From Octopus sinensis (Eukaryota): a stretch of DNA of 64,000 nucleotides. The notes under the pieces were generated by a model. It made no database searches. It was given only the letters and a program-made list of their open reading frames with translations, and had not been told where the DNA came from. Positions 14,201 through 28,078 of this stretch are shown one piece after another. The stretch is from positions 10,850,001-10,914,000 of the forward strand of contig NC_043012.1 of assembly GCF_006345805.1 (NCBI RefSeq), read 5' to 3'. The translations under genes and the position numbers were made by a program. Numbering within the stretch: the first letter of the stretch is position 1; each line of letters opens with the position of its first letter.

Positions 14201-17200
14201 GGGACATAAACACACCAGCATCGGTTGTCAAACTATGCTAGGGAGACAAACAAATACACACACACATACATATATATATATACATATATACAACAGGCTT
14301 CTTTCAGTTTCCATCTACCAAATCCACTCACAAGGCATTGGTGGGCCCGCGGGCTATAGCAGAAGACACTTGCCCAAGGTGCCAAGCAGTGGGACTGAAC
14401 CCGGAACCATGTGGTTGGTTAGCAAGCTAATTACCACACAGCCACTCCTGCGTATCATCATTTAGCGTATATATATATATATTCTTTTTGTAGCTTACTT
14501 GGTACCTTCACACTGTTCTGGCCATACACAATGAATCTCTTGGCTCCTGTGCAGGTGGCACATAAAAAGCACCATTTGAGCATGGCTGCTGCCAGTACCA
14601 CCTGAATGGCTCTCGTGCCGGTGGCACGTAAAAAGCACCCACTACACTCTCGGAGTGGTTGGCGTTAGGAAGGGCATCCAGCTGTAGAAACCTTGCCAGA
14701 TCAGATTAGAATCTGGTACAGCCATCTGGTTCGCCAGACCTCAGTCAAATCGTCCAACCCATGCTAGCATGGAAAGCAGACATTAAACGATGATGATGAT
14801 GATGGCTTGAGTGAGTAACAGAGGCTAAAAAATTGACAAATAATTCTCATATAAATCAATTCCTGTCATTTATAAATGTCCATGTCTTGTGAGTGTCTAG
14901 AGAGAGAGAGACAGACAGAGAGAGAGAGAGAAAATTTTGATGTCCATCTGGGGACACAACCTACTTGAGAGGAATAACTGAAGTTGCATTTGAAGGTCCA
15001 TCCATGAGAATAAGTAAGCGACTCAGTGTTGTCAGTCCTCCCAGAATACGAAAACTGAATTGGTCATCATTTGGAAGCTGAAAAAAAAGGAAATGCAAAA
15101 AAAAAAACGGTAAAATATTGAGGAATTTCGGACATCGAACAAGGTGGGCGTGGGCGTGGGCGCTGGGGTAAAACGTGAAAGATGGGGTTGACAGTTTAAT
15201 TCTTCAACAAATAAATGTGACGTGTGCTTGTACAGACATGTACATATTTTTGCATACACACACACACATCCTACTATAGGCACAAACCCTGAAATTATTT
15301 ATTGGGTGGGGCTCCTAAAAGATGAACTGACAATATCGACCTCGGCAGAATTTGAACACAAAACGGCTGCAAGAAATACTGCGAAGCATTTTGTCAGCCG
15401 TGCTAATGATGCTACAAGCTCGCCTGACTGATTGATTGATTTGATTGATCGATCGATCGATACATATATACATAAGTGCGGGTGTGTGTAATATGAAGAA
15501 ATCGGTTTATTATAATCACACAACTCATCCGGAAGTCAAAATTTTAAGCCACAACTGAGCAGAAGCTGCCTATTGTAATCGTAGATAATATCGTCAAAAT
15601 TAGTGACTCTAAAGCGCTTTATTTACATAAACTGCAAGTCGGTTAATGTTATCGAAAACAATCATCGACTTCGCCCAAAAACGAAAACGTAAAGAAAATA
15701 TCTTTAAATCTCGAGAAAGATAACTCTGTCATAAAACTACGGAGTAGTCTCCCTTGCAATATTTTATTTTTTAAATTACATAAATTATATTTCCTGACAC
15801 CAGCATGTGAAAGCAACGAGTTACTGCGTATCCTATACCATACGGACCGTGAGCGTTAAGGCTCGTGTTACGTGAAGTATATTATAAAATAGACTAGCAA
15901 TGCACCCCGGCGTTGCCAGGGCTAAAGGTCTACTTTGCCTTTCGAGGTAAAATGCTTAACAAAATTTCATCAGTCTTTGTTCTGAGTTCAAATGCTGCTG
16001 AGGTTGACTGACTTTCATCCTTTCAGGGTCGATAAAATAAGTACCAGCTGAATACTAGGGTCGATGCAATCGACTAATCCCCTTCCCCAAAATTGCTGGC
16101 CTTGTACCAAAATTCGAAATCATCATCATCATTATTATTATTTACTGGATCTGGAGGAAAGGGCAATATCCTATTTGGGGCCATTAAGGTTCCTCTTGAA
16201 TCTTAGTTAAGGCAAAACCAGTGGGTAAGATATGTGCAGGGGAAGAAATTCCAGAGGAGTGACACTCTGGGGAAGAAGGATTGGATGTAATGATTCGAGT
16301 ATGAGGTTACAACATCACAGTGGTGATGAGAGCCAAGCGGCACAAACCCAGTTCAGCCAGTACCGAGGATTGCAATACGTATTTAAATAGCTCAGATTAT
16401 ATAAATTATTATATCAAGGTGTGGCAGGTTTGAGCACAAAAATGTAAGGAGAAAGTTTAAGTTTTGGTACCAAAACACAAACAAAAGCTGTATTCACTCA
16501 CACACATTCACATACACTCAGACACATGCACAAAGCCTCATTTTGCAGCAAGAAAACTGCTTATCTTCTTTCATATCAATACCTGCTCAGGCAGCCACTT
16601 TAAAAATATGGTGGATATATCAGTGAACAGCTGCTAAATAATGTAGAATAAATATGTGTGCGTGTGTGTAGGTGAATGGCCAAGTGGTTATGGTGTTGCA
16701 CTCGTGATTGCTAGATCGTAGGTTCAATTCCCAGACTGGGTGTGATGCCTGTTCATGAGCAAAACACTTCATTTCTCATTGCTCCAGTCCACTCAGGTGT
16801 AAATGAGTAACCTTGCAACAGAGTTACCTTTCAATCAGGAGGAATGTTGGCCTGCTCACCTGACGAGCAGGGTGGCATCATTCAAATGCTAAAATGTGAA
16901 GCGCATCGTAACCAGTGATATATAACCTCATCTGATAATCTGGTCAATGTCATTCATCATCATCATCATCGTTTAACGTCCGTTTTCCATGCTAGCACGA
17001 GTTGGACGGTTCAACTGGGGTCTGGGAAGCCAGGAGGCTGCACCAGGCTCCAGTCTGATCTGGCAGTGTTTCTACGGCTGGATGCCCTTCCTAACACCAA
17101 CCACTCCATGAGTGTAGTGGGTGCTTTTTACATGCCACTGACACAGGTGCCAGAGGAGGCTGGCAGCGTCCACGATCGGTTGGTGCTTTTTACGTGCCAC

Positions 17201-20200
17201 AGGCACAGAAGCCAGTCGAGGCGGTGCTGGCATCAGCCACGTTCGGATGGTGCTTTTTACGTGCTACCGGCACAGGCATCACAACTACAATTTCCATTTG
17301 ATATTTATTTTGATGTTGATGTACTTGACTCAATAGGTCTCCTCAAGCACAGCAGGTCATGTGTCACCGGCACAGAAGTAAGTCAAATAATACACAATAA
17401 TACAATAATACACACATGCACACTCAAATATGAGAAATAAAATAGAATAAAAGAAATCGGTACCTTCTTATCAAAGATTCTGCTGACTTCATTCAGTGCC
17501 CTGTCCAAAGCAGATACACGGTTCTGAGGCCAAGGACCATTATCACAGTTCTGCAGGTACTTATTTACATCTTTGATGGATTTTTGCAACCTGGAAATAT
17601 AAGAAGGTTGATATAAATAATATCATTTGGTCACATATACCGTGTGAACAAATGTGTCTAAGGGAGAGGAGAGAGAGAGAGAGAGAAAGACAATAAGGCA
17701 GAAGAGAGAGGGAGGGAGGGAGACAGAATAAGAGTCAGGTGAGAGTGTGTGTGTGTGTGTGTGTGTGTGCGTGTGTGCATGTGTGTGTAAGACAAAGGAA
17801 GAAGAGAGAAAAAGTAAGCAATGATATGCAAGTGTGTATTCATGTGTGTGTGTGTGTGTGTGTATGTGTGTAGAGAGAGAGGAATTTGTGTGAGAGAGAG
17901 AAAGGAAGGGAATTATGAGAAAGAGAGGGAGAGAGAGAGAGATGTAGAGGAGAACAAAGATTCCTTACTTGGCTTTGTGTTCAGATTCAGCAATTTGAGT
18001 TTTCCCAGAAAGAGAATTCTCATATTCAACTCCTCTGTGGAAGAAAAAAGAAAAATAACAGTTCTTCAATACAGTTTTGCTGTTTATTAAACACACATAC
18101 ACACACAATCCTAAACACACACAATCCTAAACACACACACACATATACACAATTTGAAACACATACAAACACACACACAATCTGATCATGATCCTTTCTA
18201 CTGGAAGCACAAGGCCTCAACTTACGTCAATTTCAGTGCATAACTGGTACTAATTTTACTGACCCCAGAAGGATGAAAAGCAAAGTCGACCTTGGTGGAA
18301 TTTGAACTCAGTACACAACCGCAGACGAAATACCTATTTCTTTATTACCCACAAGGGGCTAAACACAGAGGGGACAAACAAGGACAGACATAGGTATTAA
18401 GTCGATTACATCGACTCCAGTGTGTAACTGGTACTTAATTTATCGACCCCGAAAGGATGAAAGGCAAAGTCGACCTCGGCGGAATTTGAACTCAGTACAC
18501 AACCGCAGACGAAATACCGCTGAGCATTTCGCCTGGGATGCTAACGATTCTGCCAGCTCGCTGCCTTTCATCATTATAATAATAATAATAATCACTAACC
18601 TTAGCATCATTCGTTGACGCAGTTTCTTACAGCGCTTCTTTAGGGCTTTCTGTCTTTCCCTCTCTGAGGCTATTACAGGGTGGGTGCTGGCATCAGGGGC
18701 ATCAATGATATGTTTCAGGTTAAAGGTTTCCTGCAGGAGAGAAAATTTCATTGTTACCATCCTCCTCCTCATCATCATCATAAACAACATCCCTTCCTCA
18801 CTACAATCATCAAACATCGTCATCACAACCACCACAACCTACAAACCTCATCATCAAGATCATCATAACCAACATCATAATCATCATTGCCACCACAACC
18901 ATCATCACCACCACCACCATCATAATTATCACAGTCATTGCTGGGAGCCTGTTAACAAACAGGTTTCCAATAACGATGGTGGTTGTGGTGCTAACAGTGG
19001 TTATGCTGCTGATGCTGTTGCTGTTGAGCGAGCGGTCTTCGTCCCAGAGCTCACAAGATGGGAGAAGTCTGAAACGTGGTCCTTTGCAATTCGTAAGACC
19101 CGCAGAAGAGAAAGTAAGTCAACCCCCGACACCGAGAGCATCAATGAATGGATGAATGCGCATCCAGGCTCAGCGGTTGCGTAGGAAGTCGGGGACAAGA
19201 AACAGGAAGAAAGAGTGAGAGAAAGTTGGGGCGAAAGAGTACAACAGGGGTCGCCACCAAGCCCCTGCCGGAGCCTCGTGGAGCTTTAGGTGTTTTCGCT
19301 CAATAAACACACACAACGCCCAGTCTGGGAATCGAAACCGCGATCCTCCGACCACGAATCCGCTGCCCTAACCACTGGGCCATTGCGCCTCCACTGCTGC
19401 TGGTTCCCGATGATGCAACACATAAACAATAAAACAACAAGTGGATGTCTTTGTTACAAGTCTGAGACTCGACTAAAACAGAACACTTACTATATCTTGT
19501 TTGGAGACCAATTCTTTTGACATAGTTTGTAACATGGTCTCTTTATGTTTCTTGCCTCGCAAATGGCTCAGAAGATGGACTTCTGAGAGAATCTGAAATG
19601 AAATTAAAAAAAAAAGAAACTATTAATACAAAACTCACATATTCTACTCTTACTCTTTTACTTCTTTCAGTCATTTGAGTGTGGCCATGCTGGCGCACCG
19701 CCTTTAGTCGAGCAAATCGACCCCAGGACTTATTCTTTGTAAGCCTAAATGAAGTCCACTTCACATTTTTCTCAATTATATTAGAGTATAAGTGGCTGCA
19801 GGTCATGTCCACTGAATGAAAACTATTAGAGAGCCAGGTCAGATCCTCTACAATGGACTCAGTACCAGCAAGAGATCACACAGGTGTCCCATGCAATGCT
19901 ACTAAAACCAAATGAAGATAGATGAAGAACTTGAATACTGACCCTAAATCCTGAGAGCAACATACAAATAATAACAGAATGGTGTGGCATCACATCATCA
20001 ACATTGGCGTTGAGCATTTTGAAACACATTATCAAAGAAATGAAGAAGTTAAACAGTTACAAAGAAAGACCTACCAACTCCAGTCAAGGACTCTATGACC
20101 ATCAAATGTAACCTCTGTGGATTATAGTTTCAAGCAAAAATTGACCTCGTCAGCCATCAGAGGCATTGACATAAATGTGGAAGTAAAAAATAAAGAAAGA

Positions 20201-20623
20201 AATACTTTGAGAAACTTACCAAAACATTACAGACTTTGCACAATTTCTTCTGGTCGTATGGGGTGAGCTGTGGCGCTTCGTTGTGGTCTTCAGTCGAGTG
20301 CCGCAATACACTCATCTCAAAAGCTTTCTCTCGTATTTGTTGAAGAATTTCCTGATGGCGCTGTGTACTTTCGTCTTGCTGTAGGAATCAATGACAATTC
20401 AGAAAACATTAGGGAACAAAACAAAAAAAAAACGAAAATGGATGTTTGTTGTTTCAGGTTTGCTATTTGGTTGATTAATTAAGGTGTTAGGAATACTGAC
20501 CCACCTGTGTGTACGTGCATACATACATACATACATACATACAGAATAGACTATCAGTTTTAGGGTAAAAGTTTCTAACTTAACTGTTTCAACGTCTTAA
20601 CTAATCAAATAAGTGTATAACTT

Positions 20624-20657
<34 letters not shown>

Positions 20658-23600
20658 CAGGAGTGGCTGTATGGTAAGTAGCTTGCTTACCAATCACATG
20701 ACTCCGGGTTTAGACTCACTGTATGGCACCTTGGGCAAGTGTACTTGGGCCAACCAAAGCCTTGTGAGTGGGTATGGTAGACAGAAACTGAAAGAAGCCT
20801 GTCGTGTGTATGTGTATATATACATACATATCTATATGTTTGTGTGTCTGTGTTTGTCTCCCCACCATCGCTTGACAACCGATGTTGGTGTGTTTACGTC
20901 TTCATAACTTAGCAGTTTGGCCTAAGTGACCGATAGAATAAGTACAAGGCTTACAAAGCATATGTCCTGGGGTCGATTTGTTTGACTAAAGGCAGTGCTC
21001 CTGCATGGCCACAATCAAATGACTGAAACAATAAAGTATATATATATATACACTTATGTACGAGTTTAGAGGGATACATTATCCAGGTGGATACTGTGGT
21101 AGCTCTGTTCGCTTCGAGCCAAGCTGGTTGAAAGATACTGAACAAAGCTGCACAGAAAATTATGCCCAGTTGCATATGCAACTGCCCACACTTTGTGCAG
21201 TGGAAATGCATGTGAGTCATTGTAGCCATGAAAATATATGGTAGGACATTGTAAAATTAAAAGGAAATACATTTTGGGGATGTACCAGTTTCCATATTCT
21301 CTATCGTTATAACTTTTGCTTTTACATACATACATATATATATATATATATCATCATCGTTTAACATCTGCTTTCCATGCTAGCATGGGTTGGACGATTT
21401 GACTGAGGACTGGCGAAATTTCCTTGTTTCACTAATGTAACAGTTGCATAGAAAATAGGCCGAGGCAGACAGAAGCATGTAAGGGAGGCAACTCAGACAC
21501 TAACTATGACCTGGATTTACATCCGGATGGAGAAGATCTAAGAGCAGAGCCGAGACAGGAAAAATCTTGACATGGGCACCTAAATACTTTCACTTCACAG
21601 AAAGATTAAGAACTCAAAGGAAACAGTGAATCTTTGAATAAGACAATGAAACAGTTTTATTGAATTTAACAAACATCAACAGACAAAAGAGGTAAATGGT
21701 TGTTGTTTAGCCCCTGACTTTCCAACCATGACTCTCTTGTAATATATTTGGAACCACATTTTTCAATGGTGTCCTTTCAGTAGGACACACTGTAAAAGTG
21801 TGACGTGGGGGAGATTTGGCTGCTAAGTCTAGTAGGCTGAGAGGCTGCATAAAGGTCTCATCCCTGGTCCACTGGTCTTGTAATCCACAATTCTGAATCT
21901 AACTTCTCTTGAATAATGATAGATTGCACAATAGTAATTAATGTGATTATATCCAAGTGATTAGAGGGCAATAATTACTGATACCAATAACAGAATTCAA
22001 ACTTGGCAGCAGATTTAGAAATGTCTTTAGTGAGAAACTTCCAGGAAGTGAGGAATACCCTATCATCATCATCATTTTACATCCATTGTCCATGCTGCTA
22101 TGAGTTGGACAGTTTGATCAGAGCTGGCAAGTTGGAAGGATGCACCAGACTCCAGTCTGATTTGGCATGGTTTCTAAGGCTGGATGCCCTTCCTAATGCC
22201 AACTACTCCAAGAGTGGAAATACCTATGTAATACCTATAATATCAATAATACATATAAACTTATGTAATACCTAGAATGTAGGTTTCAAATTTTGGCATA
22301 AGGCCAGCAATTTGAGGAGAGGGCACAAGTCGAATATATCAACCCCAGTGCGTAACTGGTACTTATTTTACTGACCCTGAAAGGATGAAAAGCTAAGTGG
22401 ACCTCAGCAGAATTTGAACTCGAACATAAAGACAGACGAAATACCACTGAGCACTTTGCCCAGTGTGCTAACGATTCTGCCAGCTCGAGGCCTTAATAAT
22501 AATAATAATAATAATATTGATTTCAAATTCTGGCACAAGGCCAGCAATTACATCGAACCCCCCCCCCCCTGTTTAATTGGTACTTATTTCATCGACCCCA
22601 AAATAATGAAAGACAAAGCTGACCTCAGTGGAATTCAAACTCAGAAAGTATCATTAAGCACTTTCCTCAGTATGCTAACGATTCTGCCAGCTTGTCACCT
22701 AAAATACCTGTAATATAATATCCGTAATACCTCTATAGGGTGATCCCCTTTGGTCATGAATGACCATGGGATTGCATCTAGAAAGTTACACTCTGAGGCA
22801 CAAGTCCAGGCAATGTTGTTTATGAAAGACTAGCAGTCACCCATGCATACTGGCCTCCCCTCTCCATGCCACCGATGTTATCCAAGGGAAAGGCAAGAAG
22901 CCCGATACAGTTTGGCACAGTGATGTTGCAACTCATTTCTACAGCTGAGAGAACTGGAACAATGTGAAATAAAGTGTCTTCAACATGCAGCCCAGTCCGG
23001 GAATTGAACCCACAACCTCAAGATTGTAAGCTCAATGCTCTAACCGCTGAGCCATGCACCTTCACATATGTGAATATTTCTATAATCTCCTGTATAACAC
23101 AGCACATAAAATCAATAAGTTTACAGTTCATCACATGACATAAAATCAATTATCATTTAGAATCTCTTCACTCACTTTCTGTTGAATTTTCTTCTGTAAT
23201 TCTTGGATCTGAGCTTGCTGCTGGGCATTTAAAGCAGCCAATCGTTCTTCACGTTCTCTGAAAATAGAAGTGGAATTGAGTGGTGACAAGTCTCAAGTTG
23301 GTAAAAGTTTACTAACATGAAGCATTCAGTAGATGAAAGAAACTGTCTACCATGTAGGAAGATATATCATATTACACGTTGATCATTCTACATTTCCTAC
23401 ATGTTCATTACTCTGAAAAAGCCTGCTTCCAAACCTGCAAGCAATCCGAAACTGAACAACTGGAGAAATATATCTTGGCTTCAAAGATACAACTAAACTT
23501 CTGTAGTGTACACACACACGCACACACACACACACACACACACGTTTGTGTGATAGGAGCAGACATAGCTGTGTCGTTAACCTGTCCACTTCCCATCTAC

Positions 23601-26280
23601 ATGGATGTCAGTTCAGTCCCACTGCGCAGCAGCTTGGACAAGTGTTTTCTGCTATATAGCCCTGGGTCAACAAAAGCCTTGTGAATGGATTTGGTAGACA
23701 GAAACTGAAAGAAGGCAGCGAGCTGGCAGAAACGTTAGCACGCCAGGCAAAATGCTTAGCGGTATTTCATCTGCTGTTACGTTCTGAGTCCAAATTCTGC
23801 CGAGGTCAACTTTTCATCACTTCAGGGTCGATAAATTAAGTACCAGTTACGCACTGGGGTTGATGTAATCAACTTAATCCCTTTGTCTGTCCTTGTTTGA
23901 ACCCTCTATGTTTAGCCCCTTGTGGGCAATAGAGAAATAAGAAACTAAAAGAAGCATATCACATACATATGTCATGTATGTGTGTACACAAGTGAAGCGT
24001 AACTGTATGTTTGTGGGACTGAACTTGAAGCCACATGGTGAAGCAACTAACTTCTCCGACTTTCTATGTTGTAGATTTTATTTTCAAAAGACTTGCATGG
24101 ATCAACAACTGACAAAAATCAAAAGAAAACAACAGCACTCACCGCTCTTTGGCCCGTAGAACCTCCAGTCGTTCCTTTTCTTTCTCTTGCAGTTGTTGGA
24201 TAACCCTGGCATCACGTTGCTTCCTCTTTTCCTGCATCTCATGGAGACGCTTCTTACGATCAGCTTCCAGAGCTTTCCGTCGTTCCTGTCAAAAGGACAT
24301 AAACAGGGATTAAGGACCTGATCTTTCACGATCAACATAGGCTAAGCGAAACAATAAATGGTTCAGTTGAAATGTGAATGCCGGTCCTTGATACCATGAG
24401 CCCACATTCACATCATCACAACTGAACCATTTATATGAGAACATGTATGAAGAGGGCAGGGTAGGGCAGCTAAAAGGGAGATGATAGCAATCACTGTAGG
24501 AGAGCAGGGGTTCTGGTTAAATGTCAGTGACATGGTTTACAACATGACAATATTGTGGCATGAGCAAGCTGTAGCTAAACTTGCTACATGTGAGAACAGC
24601 TACTTGAGAAACCTAGAAACAAGAAGTGCGACATGACAGGGTCACATTTAGGAGAAGGACTGCTACATGATGCAACTCCAAGAATGATCACTACAGTAAA
24701 AGCTAAATGTGAAAAGTTCAGGCAGAAATTGCTACATGTGAAGAGTGACAACAGAGGTTGCTTCATTTGAGAAATATAGACATGAGAGGAAGACAAACAA
24801 GAACTGGTACATGAGAAGGGTGTAAGTAAGAATTCCTATATGAAAATAGTACAAAGATTTAGAGTAACGACAGCATGGTTCTGATGCCTCAGTCTAATGA
24901 CTTTGGTTTTTCCAGGCACAACTCCAAACAATGGTAAATGAATGAGTTATGATGATGATGATGATGGTGCTGACCAAGATTTACTTACTTCTACTGCAGC
25001 TTCCTTGGCTAACTTCTCTTCATGTTTTCTTTGACGCTCTTCCTACAAAAAACAAATTTAAATTAGTGTAAATTTATTTTTAAAAAAAAAAAACCTAAAT
25101 AAATATTTAAAAAATTTAAAATAAAATATGAAAGCATCAAAGAAGAAAGGACGCCTGGATGGATATATTTGTATTTATAATATAGATCTGTCACGCACAC
25201 GCATTATCATCATTTAATGTCAGCTTTCCAATGCTGGCACGGGTTGGACTGTTTGACAGGGACGACTAGGCAAAAGACTGCACCATGCTTCATTGTCTGT
25301 TTTGGCAGGGTTTTTATGGCTGGATCCCCATCCTGGGTACACTAGGTAAGTGCTGTAATGGATTACCAGGGCTCCAAGGTTACAGACAAAACAGGAGTTA
25401 TGGAGCCATGCAGATTTCTGATTAACAATTTATATATATATATCAAATGTAAATTAAAAACAGAACATATCTGATATATACTCTCTCACCTCTGCCACTA
25501 TTTGGCATATACAGGTGCTTACACTTATCAAGTATTCACTCTAAATTTACAGTACCTACTATATATCTATATATATATCTATAGGCATACATAATATTCA
25601 ATAGTCTGGTCAATAGTGATATATATGTGTATGTGTATATGTATGTATGTGTGTGTGTTTATATATATATATGTGTGTGTGTGTATATGTATGTATGTAT
25701 GTGTGTGTGTGTGTACACATACACATATATAGACCCGTCTGATAAGGGTACACTATATATACACTATATATACCCGTCTGATAAGGTTACACTAGGCACA
25801 TGCATCACAACCATATGTGTGCGACATGGTGATCTCATATCAAGATAAACAGCACATGACCTTGCAGGTGGGGTCCAGTTAGAATTTTCTTCTTGTCGAG
25901 TAACCCATCCTGCTCAAAAGGTCCCTGAATAAGGGTTGTTTAAGGATGTTGAACGAAACACCCATGTTTTCAAGGGTAAATCATCCAAACCCCCAAAGAA
26001 TCCTTCTCAACACATGGCTATGATGCTCCCCCACTACTTCAGCTCGTGATCAGAAATGCACATATCGTCAGCTACTAAGGGACATGGTCAACTGGTTACG
26101 GTCAAACAACTGACAAGCAAATCTGTGGTATTGAGCAGAATATTTGCTGTAGCCCATCTTTTATACCAAGACAAAACAATGTACACGATAACAGTGCCAA
26201 TCAGTTAAGATCAGAAGCCACGAGAGCCACTGCCTGGTACTACATCAGGGCATTTATTATCATTATTATTATTATTATTA

Positions 26281-26313
<33 letters not shown>

Positions 26314-28029
26314 GGCAGTGAGCTGGCAGAATTATTATTGTGCTGGACAACATGCTTAACCGCATTTCTTCCGACTCTACATTCTGTGCTCAAATGCTGC
26401 TGCGGTTGGCCTTGCTTTTCATCCTTTTGAGGTCAATAAAATAAGTACCAGTTGAGTACTAGGGTCTACGTAATTGACTTACCCACTCCTCCGGACTTGC
26501 TGGCCTTGCGCCAAATTTTGAAACCATAAGGCGGCAAGTTGGCAGAATTGTTAGCATGCCGGGTGAAATGCTTAGTGGCATTTCATCCGTCTTTATGTTC
26601 TGAGTTCAAATTCCGCTGAGGTCAACTTTGCCTTTCATCCTTTCAGGGTCAATAGAATAAGTACCAGTCATGCATTGAAGACGATGTAATCAACCACCTG
26701 CCTGCCCCAAAATTTCAGGCCCTGTACCTAAGGTAGAAAGGATTATTATTCACTCCTGTCATTGGGCTTGGTTTTTTTCCACTCCTGTCTCAAATTGCTA
26801 TGTATAATCTCACTTGTGTAAGCAAAATAATGATATATATATACAAGAATTTTTTGCGTATAAGATAAAAAACCAAGGCTATGTAGATATTAGAACATTT
26901 ATCTACACAGTTTTGGTTTTTTATCTCATTACACAAAAAATCTTATACACACACACGCTGACATATGACCAACTTTGAACCCCTTATTCACAAAATCACC
27001 GAACCTGGAACTTAACTATGGTCTGTCTATAGTACTTATTCAGCATTACCTGACACCTTTGGGTCTCAATGACACCATTACCTCTTATATGCTAAATATA
27101 TACACACACACACATATATATATATACATATATATACATCATTATCACTTAACACTCATTCTTCATGCTGGCATATGTCAGATGGTTTGACAAGGGCTAG
27201 CAAACCAGAGGGTTGTACCAAGCGCTATTATCTGTTTTCACATGGTTTCTACAGCTGGATACTTTATGGTATTTACATTAAAAGCTCCTCATCCATTAAT
27301 ATATATATACATTCAATACATTCACAAATATATACATTTATATATACACACATATATATATACATGCATTTATTTCATATGTACATGTATAACGGTAATA
27401 TATCACAAGCTAGGCATTGACTAATACACATACATTTATACCATATATACACACACACATATATATATATATGTATGTATAATGCCATTTATATTAAAAG
27501 CTTAGCCTCTGATTTTCGTACATATACACACATATAAACAGTCTATAGCAAATAGAAAAATATTTAAAATGAAAGATCATAGGGTAAATAAAATATATCC
27601 AAAGCTTATCCATAGAATAATAGCCATGCAGACAAACAGAGATTGTTAAATATAAAATTATGCGATATATTTTGTGGAAACGATATCAACCACCATGAAT
27701 ACCAGGTTTCATAGGAAGTACAAGAATTATTGGCTGTGATCAGAATGCAGATAGAATCCAGTTCTTGGAGAATATTTGACCAAGTTCTTGATTCTTGATT
27801 CAAACCAAATTCATTTATTTTGTTAATGACTTGAGGTAAAGTATGAACGACAGAAATACATTTAACTTTACTTCTGTGGCCCTTGGGCCAAAATAAAAAT
27901 GTGTTGCATGCGTGCGTGTCTACCTTGATACCTCACCACCACTACCTCTTTCCAGCTCTACCCAAGTCCCTCCCACCCTCTCTTCTGTAATACGAGTAGC
28001 CATGGAGCACTTCAGTAGCAAGGTACTTA

Positions 28030-28078
<49 letters not shown>

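Noticed and set aside
18680-19184. His-rich 166-aa plus-strand ORF
   Set aside because: Derived from (CAT/CAC)n repeats, antisense to exon 18, and running into a SINE
19190-19393. tRNA genes suggested by A/B-box-like heads (also at 49473, 51089 and 33110)
   Set aside because: The heads continue into SINE bodies, some with TSDs, and do not complete a cloverleaf
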